Below, in pieces: positions 52,074-64,000 of a stretch of 64,000 nucleotides of DNA. Source of the DNA: Paraspadella gotoi. Its lineage: Eukaryota > Animalia > Chaetognatha. The notes below the pieces were generated by a model. It made no database searches, was not told where the DNA came from, and was given only the letters and a program-made list of their open reading frames with translations. Made by a program: the position numbers and the translations under genes. Each line of letters starts with the position of its first letter. Positions within the stretch are counted from its first letter, which is position 1. The DNA lies in assembly GCA_051294375.1 (NCBI GenBank), contig CM119264.1, forward strand, positions 10,000,175 through 10,064,174, read 5' to 3'.

Positions 52074-52861
52074 GAGAGAAAGAGAGAGAGAGAAAGACGA
52101 GAGAGAGAAGAAGAGTAGAGGAGAGAGAGAGAGAGAGGGAGAAAGAGAGCTAAGAAAGATAAAATGAAAGTTCGCGGAGGCCAAGCACCCACCGCACCGA
52201 ACACGTGGGGATCGATCGCCGGCGTCAAACGTCGAATCAAGATCGTATCCGAAAACTCATCGAGCGGAAAAAGAAAAATCAACGACACGAAAAGGATCAT
52301 GGCCGAGGATCGAGCGGGACCCGCGCCTGCGCGCTGGGTTCGCGCTCGTAGAAAAAGGTGCGATTCGCGTGGGTGCGTGCACCGACGCCACGCCCTCTCG
52401 TGTGTGAGCAAAGAAACGAGAGAGAGAGAGAAAGTCTCTTCTCTCGCTCTCTCTCTGAAAGGAGAAACCAAAAAACATAGAGAGGGAAAAGTAAAGGTTA
52501 GGTAGAGAAAAAAACAGTAGAAAAATGAGAGGAATGAAGGATGAGAACCAAAGAAAGGAAGAAAAACCCAGAGAGCGCTAGTGTGAGAAGAGAGGAGAGA
52601 GAGAGAGCGAGAGAGAAGAGAGGATGAAGAAAGAAGAAGAGCCGAAGAGAGGGTCAACGGAGGAGAGGAGACGTAAGAGGTGGAGTAGAGGGGGGGAGAG
52701 AAAAAGAAAAGACGACGGTTGAAACTCGAGGCCTCTCGGGAAACTTAAAGATTTGCCGAGGAAATTCAGCTCGGGGATTACTTGGAAGGATGAGAGAAGA
52801 GAGAGAGAGGAGACGAGAGATTACCGAGAGAGGAGAGCAGAGGGGAGAGAGAGAGGATCAT

Positions 52862-52892
<31 letters not shown>

Positions 52893-54119
52893 TAGGTGAA
52901 AGAGACTTTTAGCTTCTTCTGCTGGAGGAGAAAGAAGGGAGTTGAAGAGAAAGAAGAGAAGAAAGTGCGAAGATGAAGAAACAGGTTCGCAGGGCAAAGA
53001 AATGTGAAAACTCCCAGGGGGAGGGACAGAGTAACAAAAGTTTGTGGAGAATAAAAGAAAGTGGAAGATATGTTCGTTCTTGCGTCCTGGTTAATACCAG
53101 GATACAGGGAAAGATAAGCAAGCGGAGACAGAAGAGAACTTTAAAAAATGAAAGAAAAAGAGATAAAATCGGGTAAAAGTCAGGTTATTCCACGAGAAAA
53201 GAGAGAGAAGGTGGAAAAAGTCGATCCCTGGGTATTTTCGCCCGCCCTAATCTTATCCTCGCCCGTTGTTCCTTACCTTTTTTGCACCTTTTGAAATTTA
53301 GATTTGTTGGCGCTCGTGGACGCTTGGTTTGCGTTGGACCTTACTTACGACGGTGCACATCAGGTCTAACCATAGTCAATACATTTGACATTTTCTTTAT
53401 CTATTCCCTTTGAGCGTCACCTTTGTCAGCGCCTGTGGGATCCCTTGGAAAAACGCAGCACGTGCCGTGTCCATTCTTGTATTTATTGTAACGTCTACTA
53501 CAAAGATCCACGGTATCCATTCCCGGGTTCTGGTTTACAAAGTGTGGAAGATGTCATTTCTATTTCAAAAAAACATTTGCATATGAAAGTCACACCTGAA
53601 AAAATATGTTGTTCATGGTGCACATGTCTCCAGCCTCGCGGCGCAAACACCATGGCACGTTTTTCCGCGCGTCCCCCATCCACCAGTTGTGAAGCAACAC
53701 GCCTGTCAAAAGGGCGGGAATAGAAAAGAAATTTGGGTTTCGATCAGTAGTAGATGACCGGATGGGGATAAATCTCTGAACTTCTTAAGATAGAAAAATA
53801 GAATATTTAAGAAAAATTACTACTAAAATAAATTATTGAAAACCAAATTTAACTAAATAAAAACAAACTAAATAAACCGAGTTTAACTAAAACAATATTG
53901 AGAAATAAAGTTTTAATGAAAAGAGAAGATGGATATTTTAGACGTGACAATCAGATCTTTTTCTCTCTTTCCTTTTTCCCCCACTCTTCTTCGCTCCGAT
54001 TTCAAGCCCGTCTGACCTGGCCGGTACTGGTGAAAGACGGGCGTCTGCAGAAATTCGGGCACTTGGTCCCTCGCGTTGGCGTCCGCCCCTTTTTCGATGT
54101 TCGGCATTTTGGTCGGCAT
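48538..54119 (-). CDS. CFAP107: CFAP107 (C1orf158)-like ciliary/flagellar microtubule inner protein
   Basis: Phase-compatible exons 49841-49669 (ELDLVSDYDEYHNQRLICERKWPLRRDYNAKQKAFIPNKFYPPIRKPPTNWGVVQSKQ, resembling the CFAP107 LISTYDDHYN...LRTWN...PPTNYGL core as I recall it), 49384-49287 (AEWEEQK...RTDYTSTYQGHY) and 48685-48538. Probable 5' exons are 54119-54017 (MPTK...FHQYRP) and 53365-53277 (needs a 1-nt correction). The 3' end is unresolved (~48400). Confidence 0.65.
49408..49587. mobile_element. ~180-bp AT-rich fold-back (MITE-like) element in a CFAP107-like intron
   Basis: aatgcttaattaaatacttattttcactatggagtaaca pairs with tgttactccatattgaaaataagtatttgattaagcatt (39 bp, 2 mismatches), and imperfect pairing continues inward. 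Confidence 0.7.
53392..53731. mobile_element. Degenerate MITE-like element with imperfect terminal inverted repeats
   Basis: tttctttatctattccc versus gggaatagaaaagaaa; sub-terminal ggaaaaacg...cacgtgcc versus ggcacgtttttcc. Confidence 0.4.
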
Positions 54120-54419
54120 TTTCCTTGACGAGTCGTGACCGCGCGAACGAAGTCTCTTTTTGAAAATACAAGGTGATCTGTTCGTCGTGATATTTTTTTG
54201 GTTGTTTTATTTCTTTTTTTATTTTTTTGGTGCACTTACTCTTCGATTTATCCTTGAACCGTAACAATTTCCGCCACTGTCTTTCTTGGATTCTTTTTAA
54301 AAAAAATAAACCCCGGGAGTCGAGAAGGAAAAAAATGGTAAATCTAGGTAAGTCTAGATTCTATTGGGGATTTCTTCGGGATTGTGTTCAACAACGACAA
54401 CAACGATTGCTTGACAGCG

Positions 54420-54476
<57 letters not shown>

Positions 54477-57400
54477 CTCTCTCTTTATTCTCTTTCTCAG
54501 TCCCACATCTTTTTTTTTATCGGAACTCAATCCCTAAAATTGTATTTATTATTCGCAGTAAATGGAGCTTCGGAAGAAAAAAAAAAACTACATTTTCGAT
54601 AATCGAATTCGCATGAGTGAGTTTGAGAACTCATATCAAACCGCGTAGGGAAAGGTCGCGCCGCGAGGATGGGCGGAGTTGGGATAAGGGAAAGCTGTCG
54701 TGAAGGGAAGAGCGAAGCAGGAGAGGAGAGTTAGAGAAAAAGAGACGGAGTCAAAGGTCACCGATAAAAGCGTGCCACTCTGGAATGAAAGATAATTTTT
54801 AGCTCTGATAAATGGTGGAAAGGACCAGTTTTAGATTTTTTTTTTTTTAGAGGACCTTCGCGAATTAATTTAATCGATGTCACTTTGACATGAATTTTCA
54901 CTTTGATGCATTGAAACGATAACACTCGAGGGGGTCATTGCTTTTCAGTCAGACAAGAAACGTCATTCGGTTCTTTGATAGATGAAAGAGTAGATTACTT
55001 TCAGTTGGTGTTATTCTCCAGAAAAGTCGTTGACCTAAGAAGAGGCAAAGGCGAAGTTTTTCATCAACCGTGACATTCATCACTTTCATTTTTATGGCGC
55101 CGCTTTTTTTTTCTCTCGCAAAGAACAAGAACGAAAATTGCAATTTTGTATCGTGAAACAAGTAATCTTTCAATTCCTTCCAAGTTCATAGAACATAGCA
55201 ATTGTCAACTACAAATCAAAAAACTAAGCAAAAGAATATTCCAAGAACCGAGAACTAGAATTTGCAATAAAAAACATCATTATAGCACCGATGTACTTTA
55301 CCTTTTCGACAGCGACAAAGACTCTACTACTACTCTTCCCAGTTTTTTCTCATGTGACTCGACTACATTAACATTCCTTTCATTTTTTTTCAACCGCTCT
55401 CCATTATTGACGATTGAGTGGAAAGGCGCGAAATTTTTCGCGTTTTATTTTCGGTTGGCCGCGTTCTCAATCGAGCTCGAGCAGCCTTTCACCTCCCGAA
55501 TCAATTATGCATGACTTTAGAACCTTTTTTCCCCCTTTTCCCTCTTTCGCTCTTTTCTCGCTCTTTTTCGTCTTTACACTCCCTGCCTCCCTCTTACGTA
55601 GCTCTCCGCCCTCGCTACCGAACTAAACGTTTTGAAAAAAAAAGAAGCAAATTTCTTTGTTTCATTTATTTTTCTGCTTCATTGATTTTTTTATTGTTCC
55701 TTATCCAGTCATGAATCATAACATTCACAAAAATAAAGATATAAACGATGATTGACCTGCAACGATGATGCTGACGACGATTAAGCAAAAGAGCCGGACA
55801 TAGTGGACGAAAACGAAAAAAAAAAGACTTCGATTCTTTTCTCTTTTTCTTTTCTTTTCTTACAAACGATGATTCACTTTTCATTCGGGACTCATTTTCT
55901 TGCGGCTTCTATCATCTCTCCTTCACCTCAGCTCCATCTGCATTTTTGACGCCGTCGTCGTCATCATCCTTGTCGTCGTCGCCGTCGTCGTATTTTACGC
56001 TTTAGGCCAAAAGTATGTTTTATCTATGACGACCCTCGTTTTTACATCTTGTTTCCGCCTTCTTTTGTTTATCTTTCATATTTGTATTACTTCCTCCTTT
56101 CATGAATTCATTGTTAACATCTCGCCTTTCTATTATGATCAGTGATTATCATAAATTAAATCACGTCACTTCGTTAGTGTTAGCGTTCATTATATCACAT
56201 ATAATGCGCATCTATAATATACATCATACAATCATCATCATAATCATCATCATCATCATTTCCCTTAGTTGCAATCAACTTCATAATCCTCATTTCCGTT
56301 TTAATATCATCCTCTTCCTCATCTTCATCTCATCCTCTTCCTCATCTTCATCCTCACGTCATGGTCGTCCTCATTCCTTCCACCGAGCGCCTCATTCTTA
56401 AACGTGCCTCGATTTCAAATTCTGGCCACCGGGGGCGCTGAGCGAAGGTGGGGGCAGCGGGAGGCCTCCAAGCGGAAGTGGCGACGAGCCCTGGGGGAGC
56501 TGATTATTAAACGTTTGTCTACGGGAATTTTATTGAACGATGTTTGCTAATTGAACTGGTTCGGATTCGAATTAACGTCTGCTCTTTCTCCCTCGCTCAC
56601 ACTAAAACACAAACCACACTCACTCTCTTTCTCTCTCTTGGGAATTTTAAAAACGTATTATTAATTAAAAAAAAAAATTAATCTTCGGAATCGAGTGCTC
56701 ATCCAATCTTATCTTTTTTACATACGATTACAATGGATGTCTCATTCAACCATTTACCCTTTTCCCCGCCGCTCATCATTCCCTTCCTATTTCCTAAGCC
56801 TCTCTTTTAATCCTTTTCTTTTTCTTTCTCTTCATCCCCTTCCCTGCGCCGCGGAGAGCAATCCTTGTCTTCTTCCTTGTCTACGGTCATTACTCCTTCA
56901 TCAGAACTCATGCATCAAACCTGTTCATAATCCACGTGGCTCTCGTCCAGCGCCGACGACGCCAACCACGGCCCCACTTGGTCGCTAATGGACGCGCGGC
57001 GTCGCCCGACGGAATTGCGCCCGGCGCCAATTTAGTCGCCGCTAAAAGATGCAACGCCGGAAAATATTCATTAATCCGTCGCTGGGTTGAGCGGAGTGGC
57101 TGCGTGGGAGAGGGGGGGCGTGGCAAGGCTCGTCTGCTGGCTGGAGAAAAGTCTGGCAGAGTTAAGGGCCAAACTGATTTGGATACGTATTACATGGCAC
57201 TAGAGGAAAATATTTAGGGAAGCATGGTCTTCCCAGTAGATCCCTGGTTGAGCTTCGAAAGGCTGAGAGGCGAAAAATTCGATGGGAACTGTCATTCATT
57301 TGTAAATCAATAAACTAAAAATGCTGGCGGCTCCTGGATAAAAAAGAAATTATGTATGTTAAATAAAGAAAAAATATTTCCTAAAGTTAAAAAAGATTAT

Positions 57401-58041
57401 ATTTTCCGTCATTAATGGATCGTGATCAAATTTGGTAACGTTATTAAAAGCTTTAGTGAATGATACCAATATATACCAAAATATATAAAAACGCAAAACA
57501 GACTCAAAAGTAAAAAAAAACATGAGCGTTCAGCTCTATTAATTTTATGTTTTACTTGTAAAATGAAAAAAACTACAAGAAATATAGCAGACTAAATTTT
57601 TTGAAAAAATTTCCCAGAAAGTATTAAAAAGTCAAGATCATTTTCCACTTCTTCTCTGAGCTTTTGTTTTAAAAGCATCACGCGTAAAAAAGGAACTCAA
57701 GCGACGACCTCTTTAAAAAAAATTTAAATTAAGAAAAAAGAACATCGATAATACTTTTTCACGTTTGTACAATGAGAAAACTTAACAATTGAACGCGCAT
57801 TTCTCTTCTTCCATTGGACGAGATAAATTAGTCGACGAATGAGCGTCCTTCCCGCCATCAGGAGGGTAAGTTTTTCTTAAGGCGAGACATCATTTTCTCG
57901 CGGGCTTTGACCTTGCAACACGTGTCTTCGATTGTAACTTTTGGTTATATTTTTTTGTTTCATTGAAAAATTTTTATTACTATATATAATACAAACGTTT
58001 GTTTTACATTTAATCTTGCCAAATTTAATTTCAGCCCAAGG

Positions 58042-58998
58042 ATGGCTTCCGTTCTCGTCTTGGTATTCGTGTGGTCGATCGTCCGCTTGGCCGACGGTTG
58101 GGATTGCCCCAGCAAAGAATGGGCTGGGTTCGGTGAATTGGATCCGCATCTAATCGTTCAGTTTCACGTGAGACTTAAAACTTTGTTTAAAAATAAAATG
58201 TTACGATACTTTACCTAGAAAGTGATTTATTTTTTTCCAGGACAAGACGTTCGATCGCCCCGTCTGTTTCGACATGAGCGGAAAACCCAACGAAAAGTAC
58301 TCTCTCTTTTATCGACCCGAATTCGAATTCACGGCGACGCTGATCAAGGCGCCAAACCGTCACTTCCATCCTCGTCGCTTCCTCGGCGAGCGTCCTACCT
58401 ACTTTGGAAAGTTCACCTTCAGCCTCCTTAACAAGAATCTGGTCATCGATATCGCGCCGGGCTTTGTCACAATTAAAAACGCGACGGGAACCTCGTCCGT
58501 CACCTGGAACAAAATTCACAATCACGTTGGCTACAACGACACGAAGAACGACGTTTACTTGTCGCAGCATTGGGACAACGTTCTGCATCTCAACTGCAGC
58601 GGGAACCAATTCTACATAAAAAGAAACAACAAACGTTATAAGTTGAATAGGCACACGCCCGCGCGGAGAGTACACTTTCTTGGAGTTTATCTCCAGCCCA
58701 AACCGGACCTAACTTTCAAGGGAATCATCGGTGAGTACTAAAGCTTGTGGATAAGAATCTCTACCACACTATCTTTAATTTGATTACTAAACCCTTCGTA
58801 GGTCAGTTCCTCAACAAGCAAGCGGTCTTCCGACGAACGAAAGCCAGGAATATGATATTTTACCGGGGACGAACCATCGACGTCGTGGATCACAACGTGG
58901 TGGACTTGCTCAATCACAGGCATATCAACTGCTGGCACATCCCTTATCCGGAAAAATATTTCCTCTCCCACAAGTTCAAATATTATCTCCGTCCGTGA
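58042..58998 (+). CDS. Secreted ~270-aa protein consisting only of an inter-alpha-trypsin inhibitor heavy chain C-terminal (ITI_HC_C)-like domain
   Basis: Exons 58042-58167 (MASVLVLVFVWSIVRLADG, then WDCPSKEWAGFGELDPHLIVQFH), 58241-58730 (PVCFDMSGKPNEKYSL...PTYFGKF...HFLGVYL...KGII) and 58802-58998 (GQFL...INCWHI...*). Motifs parallel ITIH DPHFII, CFNI, TYFGK, FLGFY, GLLGQF and CWFV. Confidence 0.8.
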
Positions 58999-59593
58999 TT
59001 TATTTGTCGAGTTTTTATTCAGTTTGGCTTTTACGTCGTTTTTATCCATTTTTTTGGTATCAGTTGAATCGATTTTATTTGAATTGTATTTCTTCACTTT
59101 TATGTACTTTACCAAAAACCTGCTTTTTACACTTACACAAGAATATAATTTTTACTATAGTTTAATAAGATTTTTCAGTCATAAAAGTCGTGTATAAGCA
59201 AAAGTTAAAACAAATGTACTAAAAATAAGTACTAAACCAAGACGAGTGATGATACAATTGAAAAGATTGTCGCCAATATTCCCAGCGATGTTATTTTGTT
59301 CGACTGTCCCAAAACCTCAGCGCCGAAGTTAAATTTACTGGATTCCGTCCAGGCCTTATTCAGATGTTAGTCATTAACGATGTCAAACTGTGAAGGACAT
59401 GACAAAACTACTTTGGGTAATCGCTGCTATTTGTTATAAATAACGGGCCAAATTTTGAAATTTTCTAAGCCATGCGTTGTCGAATAAAATTAAGAAATTA
59501 ACCTCTTCCTTAACTGCTCCGTTAAGAAGTCGATTGTAAAAATATTTTAAAAATAAGTTGTGGGGTTATTCGTCTCCCCACGTTCTCCTTCAG

Positions 59594-61235
59594 ATGGCTC
59601 CCAATGACGTCAAAGCATCTTTGAATTATACTTGCGACGACGGAACTCGTCCCTATTATTATGGTTACGTCCGCGAGGGTAAAAAGTCCGGAGAGGTGGA
59701 TATTGGAGGAACTAAAAGTATCAAAGTTAGTTTTTAATTCAGTAGTAAACTTTTTCTATTGGAATGTGCGCTGTTATAAATCTCCAGGAGTTAAACCTTC
59801 CCTCTCCTCATCCCAACTTCCCACAGGAAGTCCAGATCCGCGACGCTCGCGGTGTTGACGTCGATCTCGACCGCCACGCCTTCCAATTGGTCGAACACGA
59901 CACGGCCTTCTCGACTGAGGATTTTTACGGCGACAATGAAAAGATCGTAAAGAATTACTACCCTGAGATTGCCGAATGCATCAAGAATAGCACTGGGGCC
60001 GAATATGTCCAATGCTTTCACCATCAAGTCAGGAATAAAGACAGGAATAACGGCGGGCCTAACAACGTTGTCACCAGCGTGCAGGGTGCATACTTGCCAT
60101 ATATAACCCGTATTGAGAAAAGACAGTTTTTTTGTAGGAGATATGTAGTATCTATTTTTTTTTCCCCAATATTTCAATTTACATTGAGAAATCAAAAAGG
60201 CAGCTTAAATGAGATTGACACAAAAAAAAATTTAGTAGTCAATTTAGTAGTCACTCTCGATATTCATTCACCAGGTTATGCCGATGGCATTCACTCGGAT
60301 TCCCACCCGGAAACCGCCGATGCCACTTGGACTATGTTCAGCTCTATGGGGTTGGAGAAACGATTTCGTCGGGGGCGGTATCTCTACATCAACGCTTGGA
60401 GGAACATTTCCGACGAGCCGATCGAGAACAACCACCTCGCAGTGCTGGATCAAACATCCCTCACGGAGGGTGTCGGATCCGAGGTGCAGAAGAGAAACAA
60501 AGATAGAGAAAGAGAGTGTGTGTCTTAATGGAGAATTAAAACTTGAAATATCCTTTACAGTCCCTAATCAAATCTGAATAAAATTTATTTATATAACTTT
60601 TTCGTAAGGATTACATCGAGAGCGACTTTCATGGCTACGAAGCCACCGTCGACTATTATTACTCAGTCAAGCAATTCGTTCTGAATGAGAAAAACAGCGA
60701 AAATCATCGATGGTAATTAATTAGTGGTTTTTAAAAACGTATTCGGGTTAACTATATTTCTTTTAACTAACCCCGACTCTAATTTAACCAAATTTATATT
60801 TTCCTCCTTTCATTTACCAAAGTTTTTTTCATTACCATAATAACCTCTTTCCCTTTTTATTAATAATCAAGGTACTACTACCCGCGCATGCGCAAGAACG
60901 AGGTGCTACTTTTCAAGCAATGGGACTCCGACCCCCAAAGATCGAACATCTGCTTCCATACGGCGTTCACTGACCCAACGGCCTCACCCACCGCCCTTAC
61001 CCGTCAGTCCATCGAGGTCCGCGCCTTTGCTTACTTTCCCGATCACGAGCCCAACACGTGTCCTGGTACCAAGCTCATTTACCCCATAAAAGCGTTCTTC
61101 GTTTTAATGTTTCTTCGGAAAAAGTTGAAAGAAAACAAGGGAAAAGTAGCGCTGGTTACGGTGGGCGCGGCCGTGGGAATCGCCGCCGTCGTTTACGCGG
61201 CGAAAAGATTTTTTAAAAATTTTATTGGAAACTGA
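59594..61235 (+). CDS. CmcJ/NvfI/AsaB-like (GA4-desaturase-like) Fe(II)-dependent oxygenase with a hydrophobic C-terminal tail
   Basis: Exons 59594-59725 (ASLNY...RPYYY), 59827-60085 (VQIRDAR...LDRHAFQLVEH...YYPEI...TGAEYV..FHHQVRN), 60275-60483 (IHSD; YINAWRNI..EPIENNHLAVLD), 60609-60712 and 60872-61235 (HRWYYYPRMRKNEVLLFKQWDS...FHTAF.DP...RQSIEVRA). Possible upstream mini-exon 59399-59416 (MTKLLW). Confidence 0.88.
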
Positions 61236-62346
61236 ATCAAACTTTTAAATAAAATTACAACAATAATTTTTTAAATGCGATCAGAGGCCAGTTTCATTTT
61301 TTTTCTTAGATTGTAATTTGTAATTTTGGTTCTGGTCTTGGAAGTTAAAATATTTGTCCATCGCACAAATGTCATCGGTATTTTGTCCTGTTATGTTCTT
61401 AATGAATATATTTTTTCATGATTAAACGTTAATTATAATGACTGCTATAATTGCAAGATTCTGTCGACGTAATTTATTTTCTAAATCATTTAACGTGGGT
61501 GAAAAAAAAAACAAAAAAAAGTCGCTGAGTCAGTTTGACTTTGCAATCAAAATAAAATAAAAAGAGTCGGCTTCATTTTCAAACCACCAACTACCACCTC
61601 TTCAGCGAAACCTTTGAATCTTTCGAATCTGCTTTTTGCTATATTATTCACGCCACTATCGAGACCACCCTCTCCACTTTTCCACTCCACCTCGCCAATC
61701 GCCATCCTCTCACAACTCGTCACTCTTCTTCATTCATCCTGGTCAACCTTTTTCTCCATCTTACTCCTCCTCTTCCTCTTCCTCGATCCAAGCATTTAAA
61801 TCCCCCATGATCATCAGCTGGGAAGAATTTGAGGCGAAACGGATCTGTACAAAAAAAAAGAGAGAGAGAGAGTCATAGAGAGAGAGAAGGAGGGAGAGAG
61901 ATGAATTAAATAACAGAAAAACACACAACATTGCTCCGGAGATTCTGTAGGCGTTTTTTGACTTTCGTCGGGTTCTCTTTTTTTTTCATTTTAGTATATA
62001 GTTTTCTCACTTTTACTCTGTCGTTTGGCATCCAGTTTTTTTCTTTTAGAGGAGCAGAGATAGAAAAAAAAAGCGTAAAAATAACCTCGACGGAGTGACG
62101 CACCCGCCGAAGGATCTTTTTTCGACGATCTACTTCGGCTCATGCTCTTGGCCTTCCGTGCCCTCCTCTCTTGGAGTTTCGAGAAATTTCGTTAAAGTTT
62201 CAGTCTCTTCGATTCATCTCTGCATTTATTTTAAATTTTGTCTTATAGGCCAACAGCTAATAACGGCGACTAGTTATTAACTCTGGCAATGAATTGTTTT
62301 TCCAACTAAACATTGACCTGGTCTGACTTTCGTCGCCCTTTTCCAG

Positions 62347-62547
62347 ATTGAGTATCATACCAGAGTATCATACTCAGGCTCCGCTTCCCTCGAACAACTT
62401 TCGACGAGCCTCTTTCGCGACGGGCACTTCGTAATGTCGCGGGTACGATTGACTGTGACGACGGAGGACGAGGCCGTCTTCGATCTGGAAGTCAATGACG
62501 AAATTGGAGGTTGGAAACTCTCGTCGCCTTGTGCGAGATCGAGACGG
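62347..62547 (+). CDS. Internal exon of an unidentified gene, probably continuing at ~63852-64000 and beyond the window
   Basis: ttccag and gtgagt boundaries, 201 nt, open phase-0 frame IEYHTRVSYSGSASLEQLSTSLFRDGHFVMSRVRLTVTTEDEAVFDLEVNDEIGGWKLSSPCARSRR. Confidence 0.5.
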
Positions 62548-62796
62548 GTGAGTATGGGGGTGGTATAGTTCATTAACTTTCATTAATTTTAAATATTCGT
62601 ACATATCTTCAGTTTAAGAAAAATGAAATTATTAATTAACACTAAAAGCGAAAAAGGAAAAATATATATCATTCAAAATTTAGATAATCCAAAAAAATGT
62701 GAACTTGAAAAGATTAATGCATAAATGATTTTTCGAGCGGAGTTGATTGAATTCAGTTTGATTTTCGAGGATTCCCATGAAAGTGCTAGTGCTAGT

Positions 62797-63415
62797 GCGG
62801 AGTACAATAAGTATTCCCCGATCTAATACTTAGGGGAGTGGTCTTTTCATACAATTGAAACATTCTTTGAAATATTTTCCACTTCATTGATAGAGAAACC
62901 AGGTACTCTGGGAGTGAATAAACGGGACTGTGAGAGAGTCTTGATTGAAAGCTTGCAGGGACCTGCTATGTCATTGATCTTGTAAGAGTGATGGAGGCCT
63001 TAAACCACCAAAGCCTGTGCAAAGTCAAGGGCCAAGATAGCTTATATTAAATGAATGGATAATTTTTATATTGGTTGTACCAATTTCATAATATTCAGCT
63101 CCTTGTATTTTGATGCTATTGCGGAGTTACAATAAGTATTCCCCGATCTAATACTTAAGGGAGTGGTCTTTTTCATACAATTGAAACATTCTTTGAAATA
63201 TTTTCAACTTCATTGATAGGGAAGCCAGGTACTCTGGGAGTGAATAAACGGGACTGTGAGAGAGTCTTGATTGAAAGCTTGCAGGGACCTGCTATGTCAT
63301 TATCTTGTAAGAAGTGATGGAGGCCTTAAACCACAAAGCCTGTCCAAAGTCAGGGGCAAGATAGCTTATTTATTAAATGAATGGTTAATTTTTATATTGG
63401 TTGTACCAATTTCAT
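62797..63415. repeat. ~324-bp tandem repeat, 2 diverged copies, CpG-poor
   Basis: gcggagt(t)acaataagtattccccgatctaatactta... begins at 62797 and 63121; both copies run to ...gtaccaatttcat. Confidence 0.9.
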
Positions 63416-64000
63416 TTCATATAACGTTTCTGTATTCTGCAGTAATTCTTTTTTAATTGTTAAAGACTGAATCAATCAATGAATCACTGCGTCAAAAGTT
63501 CTTCGAAGTCGTGTCGATTGGTCGAACCGACGCTTGGTGAACAGAGGGTTTCACTTGTTTTACGAACGTTACGATCTAATTTAGCCGATCCAAAATGACG
63601 ATGTAATTTTACAAAGTCACGATTAACTTCATTCAACAAATTATCAGACCTATTTTTTCGTCAGTATTTACTATTATTTATTTATTTTATTTATTTATTT
63701 ACTAAAAAAGAAAAATATCTGTAAAAATTCAAAGAAAATTATACAATATAAATTCAGAGGAGTTCGGACGAAGATTATTAATGCGCTATTTTCCAGTTAT
63801 TCCAACAAACTCCTTCCGCCTCATTTTCAACCAATGGCCGCTTTCTGCAAGATCCTAAAGAGTCCCTCGTCTCGGCCGGCGTCGGAGATGGAGACTTCCT
63901 TTTCCTCTATCGCCTTTCCGACGATAGTTGCGCCCCCGTTAGCGCCACAGACTCTGCCGAATCTGAAACGGCGCCTCGTGAAGCGCCACCCGATGTTACG

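Noticed and set aside
54017-54119. Ankyrin-like EKGADANARD motif
   Set aside because: One isolated partial match with no TPLH helix pair or further repeats; better explained as the first exon of the CFAP107-like gene.

Overview
Intron-rich, CpG-rich invertebrate animal DNA with many (AG)n microsatellites, seven N-gaps and indel-type noise suggesting long-read gap filling. It is not prokaryotic, so most ORF-track calls are spurious and genes were rebuilt by hand from GT-AG sites and phase compatibility. Genes: (1) + strand receptor with a Dpr/ZIG-like Ig domain, a partial LDLa module and a TM helix (4073-14315); its last exon has an in-frame UGA-CUAG followed by a possible stem-loop and 245 more open codons (candidate programmed stop-codon readthrough). 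(2) - strand single-domain PLB1-like SGNH lipase with a C-terminal TM helix and Ala in place of the block III Asn (18754-23125). (3) A ~5.65 kb tandem duplication and a ~9.4 kb inverted duplication (22930-44810) carrying a small Cys-rich orphan gene and a degraded PLB1 copy; probably an assembly artefact. (4) - strand CFAP107-like ciliary microtubule inner protein (48538-54119). (5) A secreted stand-alone ITIH C-terminal domain protein with an early DPH autocleavage-type motif (58042-58998). (6) An intron-containing CmcJ/NvfI/AsaB-like oxygenase, a horizontal-transfer candidate (59594-61235). (7) An unidentified gene running off the right edge. Family assignments come from motif recognition, not database searches.
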